A DNA stretch of 64,000 nt from an uncultured Bacilli bacterium (GTDB lineage Bacteria; Bacillota_I; Bacilli_A; RF39; UBA660). This document shows, one piece after another, positions 55,743-64,000 of this stretch. Every line of letters starts with the position of its first letter. Within the stretch, counting starts at the first letter, position 1. The position numbers were made by a program, and so were the translations under genes. Under the pieces are notes generated by a model. It saw only the letters and a list, made by a program, of their open reading frames with translations, was not told the origin of the DNA and ran no database searches. The stretch lies in NCBI GenBank assembly GCA_934130175.1, contig CAKOXP010000006.1, forward strand, positions 8,868 to 72,867. The letters run 5' to 3'.

Positions 55743-56204
55743 CTACTCCTTATTATTACTTTCAAAAATCAAAGCCTCATATAGTAAATCAACTATATAA
55801 TTACTAGGCTCCAACTTATATTTATCTATAACTTTTTCTATAACATCATCTGAAAAATCCATCTTCAAATACTTAAAAATAGATTCTTTTTTATTTACAA
55901 TATCTTCTAAATAATTAGCTGTATATTCATTATCTATTATTAATAAATCATAATCTTCTATAAAATTTTGAAACTTTGTAAGAATTTCTTCTTTTGAATC
56001 AACATAATTAAAGCTTTCCTTATCATATGAAATCATATTTTTAATATCTTCAATTTTTATTTTATCATCGTTTAATCTATAATCAAATCTATCTATAAGA
56101 TTTAATCCATTCAATTTTAAAGCAGATAACTGAGCAATTTCACCTTTTTTAGGATCAAGTGCTGTTGGAATAATTTCTAAAATTACATATTTTTTTTCAT
56201 CCAT
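55743..56204 (-). CDS. Hypothetical protein with degenerate DnaQ/DEDD exonuclease-like pattern
   Basis: VILEIIPTALDPKKGEIAQLSALKLNG aligns by eye with fDxETTGLDP...IIeigavk; later catalytic positions substituted. Confidence 0.35.
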   Translation of the reverse strand: MDEKKYVILEIIPTALDPKKGEIAQLSALKLNGLNLIDRFDYRLNDDKIKIEDIKNMISYDKESFNYVDSKEEILTKFQNFIEDYDLLIIDNEYTANYLEDIVNKKESIFKYLKMDFSDDVIEKVIDKYKLEPSNYIVDLLYEALIFESNNKE

Positions 56205-56247
56205 AAAACTTCACCAAGCCTATTATATCAAAAAAAGTTATGAAATA

Positions 56248-57006
56248 CTAACAAATGTTAGAAAGTATTTCATAACTTCTATCTATTAAATCTTCACTCT
56301 TACTATTTTCAATAATAACATTACCATTTTTAACACTATCACTTAATAAATTATTTATAATTAGTTGATGTTTAACTTCACAAGAAACACCTAAAGCTCC
56401 ATCTAGTATTTCACAATTAGTCAGGATTTTTTTAAAACTTTCTTTAACCAAAGGATAATGAGTACATCCTAAAACAATAGAATCTATTTTATTTTTATAC
56501 GGAGTAAGAATCTCCTTTAATAATTTCTCTATTCCTTTAGTATCACCTAGCTCTATTAAATGAGCTAAATTCCTACCTGACTCTAAATAGATATTTTGAT
56601 TACTGTGTTTAAAATCATTAATTAATTCTTCTACTCTAGTTGACTTTATAGTATAAGGTGTCGCTAAAAGAAGAGTATTTTTAAAATCATGATCAAATGA
56701 AACTTTTAAAGCTGGTACAGTACCGACAAAAATAGTATTAGGATAAATTTCTCTTAGTTTTTTTAGACAAGATGTTGTAGCAGTATTACAAGCAAGAACA
56801 ATTATCTTACATCCTTTTTCAAGTAAATAATCAACAATCTTTGATACTATTTCAAGTATTTCTTCATCACACTTTTCACCATAAGGATTATTTATACTAT
56901 CCTCATAAAACAAATAATCTTCATTTGGAAGTATTTTTAAAAGCTCCTTTAAAACAGATAATCCTCCAAGTCCTGAATCAAGTATTCCTATTCTGTTGTT
57001 GTTCAT
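56248..57006 (-). CDS. murI: Glutamate racemase
   Basis: IGILDSGLGGLSVL, LACNTATT, LGCTHYPL. Confidence 0.9.
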   Translation of the reverse strand: MNNNRIGILDSGLGGLSVLKELLKILPNEDYLFYEDSINNPYGEKCDEEILEIVSKIVDYLLEKGCKIIVLACNTATTSCLKKLREIYPNTIFVGTVPALKVSFDHDFKNTLLLATPYTIKSTRVEELINDFKHSNQNIYLESGRNLAHLIELGDTKGIEKLLKEILTPYKNKIDSIVLGCTHYPLVKESFKKILTNCEILDGALGVSCEVKHQLIINNLLSDSVKNGNVIIENSKSEDLIDRSYEILSNIC

Positions 57007-57043
57007 AGCTATATCACCTAATCTAATTATACACTATTAATAA

Positions 57044-57655
57044 CTATTTTACTAACTTATTATAAATATTGTTAGCATTAGTAAAATCCGCTATTAACAT
57101 AAAATTATCAAAGTAATTAGACTTATTATTTTCATAGTTTATATAATAAGCATGTTCCCATAAATCAATGTTAAATAATGGGATATATCCAAATAATACA
57201 GGTAACTCCTGATTAGAAAAATTTTTAATTTCAAGCATTCCATCATTTCTTAAAACTAAAAAAGTATAACCAGATCCTTTTAGTTTCATAACATTTTCCT
57301 TTAATTTAGCAAAAAAATTATCTAAAGATCCAAATTGATTTTCTATTTTCTTTCTAAGCTTACCATTTGGAAAACTATTCTTCTTAGGACTAATACTATT
57401 AAAATATAAATTATGATTTAAGACTCCTCCTAAGTTAAATAATATATCTTCCTGAATATTCTTAGGAAATTCCATAATATGAAATGGTAACTCTTCTATA
57501 GTATATCTGTAATCATAATTACTCTTCATAAGTAAATCATTTAATTTATTTAAATATCCTTGTTGATGTTTATGATAATGTAATCCCATGGTATGTGTAT
57601 CTATATAAGGTTCTAAATCTTGAAACAAGTATGGTAATTTTGGTAATTCATACAT
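57044..57655 (-). CDS. sodA: Fe/Mn superoxide dismutase
   Basis: YELPKLPY...LEPYIDTHTMGLHYHKHQQGY, DLWEHAYY; start ATG 57655 behind GGGAGGA. Confidence 0.88.
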   Translation of the reverse strand: MYELPKLPYLFQDLEPYIDTHTMGLHYHKHQQGYLNKLNDLLMKSNYDYRYTIEELPFHIMEFPKNIQEDILFNLGGVLNHNLYFNSISPKKNSFPNGKLRKKIENQFGSLDNFFAKLKENVMKLKGSGYTFLVLRNDGMLEIKNFSNQELPVLFGYIPLFNIDLWEHAYYINYENNKSNYFDNFMLIADFTNANNIYNKLVK

Positions 57656-57688
57656 AACAATTCCTCCCATACAAGTCTATGATTAAAA

Positions 57689-58606
57689 TTAGTTATTTAT
57701 GCCTAATTCCAAATGATTAGCATCTCCAACTAAAGGGCTATTCAAAACTCTATATTTTTTATTATTATCAAATATATTTTTCAATTTATAAAAATTTTTA
57801 TCAGGATCTAACATTAAATTTGCAAGTTCATCTAGTTCAATCAAGTCATTTTCTGTTAGTTTATTAAATTTATCATTACTGTCTATAAATGGTGGAAAAA
57901 ATCTATAACTTATCTCATCATTCATTAGGGCATGAAAATCATAGAATAAACTCCTTGCCAACATCCATAAACTATGTTCACCACTACCATGAATATAATA
58001 ATCTTCATTATATTTACCATTTCTTACATTAATCCATGCTTCAGCACAGGATGTAAAATAATTATCCTCAAAATCAAAATACTTTAAATCTAAAGCCAAA
58101 TCACTAATCAGATTAGTATCAACATTAATCCACCTATCTTTATTATTATCAAAATATTGAATAATCCAATGATCTCCACATCTTGGTTCACTATATCTAT
58201 TATGTATCAAACAAAAACCAGATCTGCATCTTGTTGGTATTCCTTTAGCCTTCAAAATAGAAGCCATCAAAACAGAAACATATCTACATGTTACTACAAT
58301 CTTATCTTCTATTTTTCTATTCATTGAAATTCCATTTGAATCCAACCTAAATAATTCAGCCATCATTGAAGTTGCAGTCAATAAAATATCATCTTCACAC
58401 CTTAACCTATACCAAGGATATTTTTTTGATACTTCATCATTATTTTTATAACTTTTGAATAATGTATTCCTATGTATAGTTTGATAATTAACAAATTTTG
58501 CTAATTCATAAATATTATCAGTCAAAGAATTAAAGTACTCTTTATATGGACCATAATTAGTATATACACTAACTTCTTTATAAAAATCTAATATATCTTT
58601 TTTCAT
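57689..58606 (-). CDS. Transglutaminase-like domain protein
   Basis: CRYVSVLMASILKAKGIPTRCRSGF...GDHWIIQYF...WINVD (Cys-His-Asp core). Confidence 0.7.
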   Translation of the reverse strand: MKKDILDFYKEVSVYTNYGPYKEYFNSLTDNIYELAKFVNYQTIHRNTLFKSYKNNDEVSKKYPWYRLRCEDDILLTATSMMAELFRLDSNGISMNRKIEDKIVVTCRYVSVLMASILKAKGIPTRCRSGFCLIHNRYSEPRCGDHWIIQYFDNNKDRWINVDTNLISDLALDLKYFDFEDNYFTSCAEAWINVRNGKYNEDYYIHGSGEHSLWMLARSLFYDFHALMNDEISYRFFPPFIDSNDKFNKLTENDLIELDELANLMLDPDKNFYKLKNIFDNNKKYRVLNSPLVGDANHLELGINN

Positions 58607-58677
58607 AATTATCTCCTCCTAAACTAATTATAGTTTAATTAAAAAAAAAAGATAAACTTATCTAAAACCAGTTTTGT

Positions 58678-59460
58678 TTATCTTATAGGTATATATACAT
58701 AACAATTATCTTCACAATAATACTCAAATTCAAACATATCATCTCTTAATTTGTGATTAGTAGAACTTAACCATTCATTATAAATAAGGTGATACATTTT
58801 TATGATATCTTCTTGATTACGAGTTAAAACATCAAAAACAGCATATTTACCCTTTTTTATAATTATTTTTTTAGTATTATTAAATCTTTCTGTTATTCCC
58901 AGTAAATACCTATGTTTATTATTATCATTTAAATAAATTCCATATCTGTTTATTTTCGGTAATTCAACATCATATTTTTTATATAAATCCCTAATTTTAT
59001 AAAGTAAATCATCATGTCTTAATGCAGCAACCTCATAACAATAAATATTAACCTCATCAATTGATTTTATTTCGTAACTTACTTCATCATATATATTATT
59101 ATCTTCATTGAATTTAATAACCGGAAATATTTTATATTTTTTATTATTTTTTCTACACTCACTTGGTGTTACTCCAAAGTATTGTTTAAAAGCTCTTGAA
59201 AATGAAATTGATGAATTATAATTATACTTAAATGCTATATCAATAATTTTCATATTAGAATTTTTTAAATCTTCTAGAGCTTTACTTAATCTTCTTTTTC
59301 TAATATATTCAGTTAAAGACATGTTCGTTAAAAACATAAATATCCTTTGTAGTGAATATTCAGATAAACCAATTATTTTTGACATTTTTTTACAATCTAT
59401 CTTAGTATCTAAATGTGCTTCAATATAATTAATCACTTCATTCAAATTTTTATAATTCAT
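58678..59460 (-). CDS. AraC-family regulator with GyrI-like effector domain
   Basis: MSKIIGLSEYSLQRIF...IAFKYNYNSSISFSRAFKQYFGVTPSECR; start moved to MNYKNL (ATG 59460). Confidence 0.8.
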   Translation of the reverse strand: MNYKNLNEVINYIEAHLDTKIDCKKMSKIIGLSEYSLQRIFMFLTNMSLTEYIRKRRLSKALEDLKNSNMKIIDIAFKYNYNSSISFSRAFKQYFGVTPSECRKNNKKYKIFPVIKFNEDNNIYDEVSYEIKSIDEVNIYCYEVAALRHDDLLYKIRDLYKKYDVELPKINRYGIYLNDNNKHRYLLGITERFNNTKKIIIKKGKYAVFDVLTRNQEDIIKMYHLIYNEWLSSTNHKLRDDMFEFEYYCEDNCYVYIPIR

Positions 59461-59539
59461 ACTTACCACCCAATAATCATAATAACAATTATAATAATAA
59501 ATTTGCCATACTTTTTCACATAATCTTCTTAACAAAAAT

Positions 59540-59986
59540 TTATCTTTCTAATCTCATATATAATATCGGATATGGATTTTTTTGCTCATCTACTTCTTCT
59601 CTTTTATATACTTTAAACCCCATATGTTCATAAAATCCTCTCGCTTTAGGATTTTGTTCATTAACTATTAGTTCATTAACACTATAATTTTCTATGCCAT
59701 AGTTTAATAATTTTTTACCCAATCCTTTTCTTCTTTCACTATTTTTAATGAATAACATTTCAAGTTTTTGATTTTCTATACCCATAAAAGCAATAGGTTT
59801 ATTATTTTCATTTTCAATAATTATCAAATGAGATACTTCATTTAATGCTTGTGGTACATATTTTTTTATATTTTCAATCTCATTGTTTGATAAAAATAAA
59901 TGTGTTGCTTTTACAGAATCTTCCCATACATCTAATAATTCATCTATTAGTAATTTATCTCTATTTTTAACTTCAAAAAGCTTCAT
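59540..59986 (-). CDS. GNAT-family N-acetyltransferase
   Basis: RRKGLGKKLLNYGIE (Q/RxxGxG/A), ...NPKARGFYEHMGFKV. Confidence 0.8.
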   Translation of the reverse strand: MKLFEVKNRDKLLIDELLDVWEDSVKATHLFLSNNEIENIKKYVPQALNEVSHLIIIENENNKPIAFMGIENQKLEMLFIKNSERRKGLGKKLLNYGIENYSVNELIVNEQNPKARGFYEHMGFKVYKREEVDEQKNPYPILYMRLER

Positions 59987-60202
59987 ATCACACCTCTATA
60001 AATCAATTTTATTCTATATAATCTAACATATAATAATTGTAATTATCCCTACAATTACTGATACAATAAGTCCAGTTGTTAAGCTTCTCGGTGTACTATC
60101 TATATAAAATTATGATTAATATATAGAAAATCAAACATAAATTATTACATTAAATTAATAATATTCTACATATTTCTTATTTTACTACTAAGATGTTTTT
60201 TA

Positions 60203-61228
60203 TTATTTGATAAATATTTTTCCCACTTCTACACCAGAAAGAAAATAAATTTTTATACTACTATTGTTTTTCAAATATACTTTTTTTGGGACTTCAAGCC
60301 ATTCATTTAGAATATAATTTCCATCTGTAATTTTCACATAATAGTACTGATGGGTTGCACCAGCCATCTTAGAAAATACCGCTTGCTTTTTATCATATAT
60401 TTTACACTCTATAAAATACATATCTTCATTTAAAATTCTTTTTACTAAATTTTTGCTCATAAAAATAGCTTGATTAGATTTTTTCCCAAAAATATAAGAA
60501 AATACCATCATTCCTATAGAGACTACAGCAAAGGAAACATAAACGTCTTTATCTATTATACTAAAAAATAATCCTAATGACCAAAAAACAAAATTCGACC
60601 ATAACAGAACTGAAGTAATAATAAAAAATAATTTTATTTTATTATCTATGCCATAGGTATTCATAAAATTATATTTCTCCTCATTAGACATTTTCCTTGT
60701 ATTTGTAAACTTAGTTACTACTTCAGATTTTGATATTACTTTTGATTCATCTAACTGCCTTTCTAAAAACTTTTTATAATACATATTAACATAATTATAT
60801 ATTCGATATCCTCGTGTTACTGAAACAAAATGATTGTTTTTATCTTTGTAGAAAAAAGATTGTGGTTGGAGATTTTCTTTTTCAATCAAAAACTCATTTT
60901 TTCGAAATCTTATATAAACAGAATCGCCTTTGCTTTCTACAGTATAATCAGAATCCTCCTGAGCATATGGAGAATTTGAAGGTAATGAAATATAAACTAG
61001 AAAAATTCCAACTATGGTCATTACTATATCAGTAGTTCCTAATTCGTCATTATATATAAAGTTACTTCTACTAATATTTCTAATAATCACATCAAAAAAA
61101 TTAAAGTAAATAATACATATACCCAAAGAAAATAAAATCAAATAGAATAATAAAATTTTATATTTCTTTCGTTTTAATAGGTTTATATAATATTTCATTT
61201 TTAATTCATCCTTTCTTATATATAACAT
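60203..61228 (-). CDS. Hypothetical membrane protein
   Basis: Four predicted TM helices in two pairs separated by soluble segments; no motif recognised. Confidence 0.45.
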   Translation of the reverse strand: MLYIRKDELKMKYYINLLKRKKYKILLFYLILFSLGICIIYFNFFDVIIRNISRSNFIYNDELGTTDIVMTIVGIFLVYISLPSNSPYAQEDSDYTVESKGDSVYIRFRKNEFLIEKENLQPQSFFYKDKNNHFVSVTRGYRIYNYVNMYYKKFLERQLDESKVISKSEVVTKFTNTRKMSNEEKYNFMNTYGIDNKIKLFFIITSVLLWSNFVFWSLGLFFSIIDKDVYVSFAVVSIGMMVFSYIFGKKSNQAIFMSKNLVKRILNEDMYFIECKIYDKKQAVFSKMAGATHQYYYVKITDGNYILNEWLEVPKKVYLKNNSSIKIYFLSGVEVGKIFIK

Positions 61229-61517
61229 TTGAAAAACTTATATTAACTAATTACCACAACAAACTATTTGAAAATTAAATCTATATCATTTTAGCAAAAA
61301 AGTTGAGATTTAACAACTATATTTATATTATCTATTATCCTAAGAAGTAAATGAAATTTATATATTTCTAACAACAATTATATTTTAGACGTCATTTAAA
61401 TATATGTAAATAAATCTTTGAAAATATTTGCTTATCTCATGTCAATTTGCAAGTGTGTTTCCAAATTGACAAAAACAATTTAATTTTATAAAAAATAGCA
61501 TAAAATTAAGTATCTTA

Positions 61518-61545
61518 AAACTCGAACTATGAAAAGTTCGAGTTT
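61518..61545. terminator. Symmetrical hairpin, possible bidirectional terminator
   Basis: AAACTCGAAC-TATGAAAA-GTTCGAGTTT in a 515-bp gene-free region. Confidence 0.4.
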
Positions 61546-61743
61546 ACTATCAATCTGGTGCGAGTGCCGTAGATATCTACAACTTTTCACAAAGGCGATT
61601 AATATTTGAATCAATCACTATAAATATAGTAACATAAATTACAACGAAATTCATTGTTTTTGTAAACTTTTTTGAAAATTATAATTATTATTAGAAGACT
61701 ACATTTTAAATGTTTAAATTTTGCATTTCATCGATAATAGAAT

Positions 61744-62270
61744 TCATTCTTTATCAAATACTTCTCTTAATCTATTACCCGGATCAATTATTATTTTAAA
61801 ATCTGTAGTTAAATTAATAGGAGTTGTACACTTAGATGACCATACTTCAAAATCTGTATATTCTTCATTATCAATGACGCTACCTATTATCCATGAATTA
61901 TTTTCTACATACATAGGAACATAATAATACATTCCTTTAGTAAAACCATAATTTGTTTCACCATTGTATTGAATGATACTCCATAAATCTTTATTATTCA
62001 TTTTTATTATAGAATGTTTGTATTCTATAATTTCTTGTTCAAAGTTTGGAAATTTATTAATCCAATTATCTATTTCTTCTAAAAATTCTTCATATGATTA
62101 TAACGTTGATATGGGCAAACCATATGATCAGTCATATTAGTTAATTTTTGTATTTTTTTCAATAACGCATTATCCCAAACAAATATTTCAACATTATATT
62201 TTCTACAAGTTGGTAAAATATTATATTTTTCATGTGTTTTTGGTATATATGGCATATAATTACCTATCAT
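61744..62270 (-). pseudogene. Hypothetical gene split by a frameshift (ORFs 62079..62270 and 61744..62001)
   Basis: The downstream frame is open from 62096 (SYEEFLEEIDNWINKF...) well upstream of its first ATG (62001), which has no RBS. It overlaps the end of the upstream ORF (...QRYNHMKNF*) by about 18 nt in the -1 frame. Confidence 0.5.
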
Positions 62271-62297
62271 TTCTATATTAAATTAATTACAACAGTT

Positions 62298-63449
62298 TTA
62301 TTTTTGTAAATTTTCTTTTTTTATATTAAAATTAATTCCAATGGTTGAAATCATAGATAATATAAATATTATATAGAATATCTTCTCTCCAACAAAAATA
62401 CTTAATATCGAAAGGATAGTAAATATAATCACTTCTGTAAAACATAAACTCATTTGTCCTACTGCTGATAAAAGGTCACTATCTTCTTTTAAATTTTTTA
62501 TAATATTTTGTATTGATGTTTGAATAGATGTTTCATATACTTTTGCAAAATTATCACTTAATGTACTATTCAGAGATATAATCACTTTATTTCTAGCAAC
62601 TAAATATACACCTGTTATTGTAGCTTTAATAAAAGTTACTAAATTATTTGCTTTCGATAAATTTTTATCTGAATATTTACCTATTAATATTATAGTAACT
62701 ATTTGTAATAATAGTGATGCTATAACTATTGAAGAAAATACTGAAAAGTTTTTTAAAACAATATATAAATAAAGTGGTGCAAATTGTTTTTCTATTATCT
62801 GATTTGTAGTTAAAGCATAAATTATTTTATATCTACTTTTACTTTTAAAAATATATTTCATAGTTGCTTTAAATGCACTTGTTTTATTTTCCACTTTATA
62901 ATCTATTTTTTTGATAAATATATATTGCAATACAAAAAATATAGTAATTATTGAAAATAATATTATATTATTCTCTGTTATTACACACCATGCAACTAAA
63001 CAGCTAGCCAATGCAGTTCCTATTATCTTACTTATGTTTATAAAACTATTATATCTTCCTCTGTATTCTGTATCTACATATTTACTAGATAATGAATCAT
63101 TTAATGGATTAGAAAGTCCCATAAATCCCATTGCTAATATAAATATAACTATATTTTGGTATAAATTTGTTCCATCTAGCATAATATATGCACAAATAAT
63201 ACTGAAAATATTAGATGTTAGGATGCATTTTGCTATCCCTAATTTTGAAGATATTGTTACAAACAGTGGTGTAGTGAATCCTGTTAATCCAAATCTTAAT
63301 CCATATATTAATAGTATAAGCCATATTGGAATTCCATTTTTGTATAACATAACTGTTCCAAATGTTCCTATCAAAGTATTTGCAAAACTATATGATATAG
63401 TACTCAAATACATATATTTATATTCCTTTTTACAAAAATATTCTTTCAT
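62298..63449 (-). CDS. MFS-type transporter (about 10-12 TM)
   Basis: 383 aa polytopic; RBS AGGAGG 7 nt upstream; family call from topology only. Confidence 0.55.
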   Translation of the reverse strand: MKEYFCKKEYKYMYLSTISYSFANTLIGTFGTVMLYKNGIPIWLILLIYGLRFGLTGFTTPLFVTISSKLGIAKCILTSNIFSIICAYIMLDGTNLYQNIVIFILAMGFMGLSNPLNDSLSSKYVDTEYRGRYNSFINISKIIGTALASCLVAWCVITENNIILFSIITIFFVLQYIFIKKIDYKVENKTSAFKATMKYIFKSKSRYKIIYALTTNQIIEKQFAPLYLYIVLKNFSVFSSIVIASLLLQIVTIILIGKYSDKNLSKANNLVTFIKATITGVYLVARNKVIISLNSTLSDNFAKVYETSIQTSIQNIIKNLKEDSDLLSAVGQMSLCFTEVIIFTILSILSIFVGEKIFYIIFILSMISTIGINFNIKKENLQK

Positions 63450-63538
63450 TTTTTGACCTCCTAAAAAATCATAAATAATATAACATATTTATGTTGATAT
63501 AGAACATATTATATATTGTAGCAATTATAAACCATGGA

Positions 63539-63567
63539 TTGACTTTACTAGTAAAATATGCTACAAT
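63539..63567 (+). promoter_or_regulatory. Near-consensus extended -10 sigmaA promoter
   Basis: TTGACT-17 nt-TACAAT with TGC immediately upstream of the -10. Confidence 0.4.
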
Positions 63568-63573
63568 TTATTT

Positions 63574-63645
63574 AGTTCAGTTGCCAAGTTGCAATTAGAG
63601 CACTAAAACCGTTATGAATATTTCATAGCGGTTTTTGCTTTTTTT
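63574..63645 (+). ncRNA. Candidate about 70-nt small RNA (promoter-to-terminator unit, no ORF)
   Basis: Begins about 7 nt after the -10 and ends at the 63605..63645 hairpin plus T-run; contains tandem AGTTGC(C)AA; longest ORF is 4 codons. Confidence 0.25.
63605..63645. terminator. Bidirectional intrinsic terminator
   Basis: 14-bp stem AAAACCGTTATGAA/TTCATAGCGGTTTT, A-run to the left, TTTTTGCTTTTTTT to the right; also ends the minus-strand gene 63644..64000. Confidence 0.7.
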
Positions 63646-64000
63646 ATACTTCTATTTTAAATCTTTCATAATCTTTTAATTTAGAATATAAATATCTATT
63701 ACCACTAATATAAAAACCAGTAATCAATAACATATAACTACCTTTATCTTTAATTACTACAATATATCTTTCTTTTTCCAATAACAAATGATACGCACCA
63801 TCTTTAAAATAAATTTTTATTTCAGATTTATGTGGACCATTATTTTTAACTTCATCTATTATAACCTTTGGCCATTTTACTCTAGCACACCTATCAAAAT
63901 CGGGCGATTTTCTTTCATGACCAAAAACTAAATGATTAAAACCATCAATTTTATTATTTAGTAATGGCTTTTTCGTTACTTCTAATCTTTTTCCTAAAAA
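63644..64000 (-). CDS. Hypothetical protein, C-terminal 118 aa (5' end outside window)
   Basis: Open frame from the window edge to TAA at 63644-46: ...FGHERKSPDFDRCARVKWPKVIIDEV...YHLLLEKERYIVVIKDKGSYMLLITGFYI...; loosely reminiscent of small phage/toxin nuclease domains, not assignable. Confidence 0.4.
   Translation of the reverse strand, partial: FLGKRLEVTKKPLLNNKIDGFNHLVFGHERKSPDFDRCARVKWPKVIIDEVKNNGPHKSEIKIYFKDGAYHLLLEKERYIVVIKDKGSYMLLITGFYISGNRYLYSKLKDYERFKIEV

Noticed and set aside
61536-61585. GTTCGAG...GGTGCGAGTGCCGTAG string looked like a tRNA T-arm/3' fragment (possible att site)
   Set aside because: No acceptor, D or anticodon arms can be folded around it, and no integrase lies nearby.
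727-63456. About 20 short antisense ORFs in the track (e.g. 727..975, 6144..6410, 8430..8624, 8839..9051, 9770..10006, 11771..12037, 12365..12592, 23690..24025, 27956..28186, 28503..28709, 29253..29447, 31330..31599, 38468..38773, 41938..42243, 43249..43479, 43612..43821, 46588..46785, 46809..47018, 47984..48184, 49230..49532, 60814..61035, 61721..61924, 62911..63456)
   Set aside because: Each overlaps a longer ORF with recognisable motifs on the opposite strand or in another frame, lacks an SD sequence, and has the S/L/F/I-rich composition typical of shadow ORFs in AT-rich genomes.

Overview
Very AT-rich Bacillota-type chromosome segment. It comes from a spore former (cotE and spoVS are present), possibly an Erysipelotrichales/Clostridia-like gut organism, but no species can be assigned from sequence alone. 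About 55 of roughly 60 genes are on the minus strand.

Conserved core blocks, in transcription order on the minus strand:
- murI, sodA-type SOD, an rRNA methyltransferase, an RluA-family synthase and ldh
- spoVS, then a Ser T-box leader followed by an M19-like dipeptidase and serS
- miaB-ymcA ... cotE
- rpsP-khpA, cdsA-rseP
- priA ... fmt ... rlmN-stp-prkC-rsgA-rpe
- a nifS-thioredoxin operon

Accessory material interrupts these blocks:
1. A 10-kb left-end locus holds WxL-tailed beta-helix proteins, a DUF11 protein, a BclA-like collagen protein, a Cna-B-like protein and a peptidase-S51/transglutaminase-like fusion. None of them has a signal peptide. My best candidate for a new system is a mother-cell-assembled spore-surface module.
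2. A 1819-aa protein and a 552-aa paralogue share a TasA/camelysin-like N-terminus and a two-cysteine repeat module. The paralogue sits with an Rpn-family nuclease gene where rsmB normally lies.
3. Two tandem membrane-anchored, phage-tail-collar-like HxH proteins and a polysaccharide deacetylase are inserted between ymcA and cotE.
4. A 148-bp direct repeat brackets a surface-protein gene and creates a 50-aa anchor-only mini-ORF.

No rRNA, tRNA, CRISPR array or canonical IS element was seen. Small-feature coordinates were hand-counted and may be off by 1-2 nt. All family assignments rest on motif recognition, not database searches.
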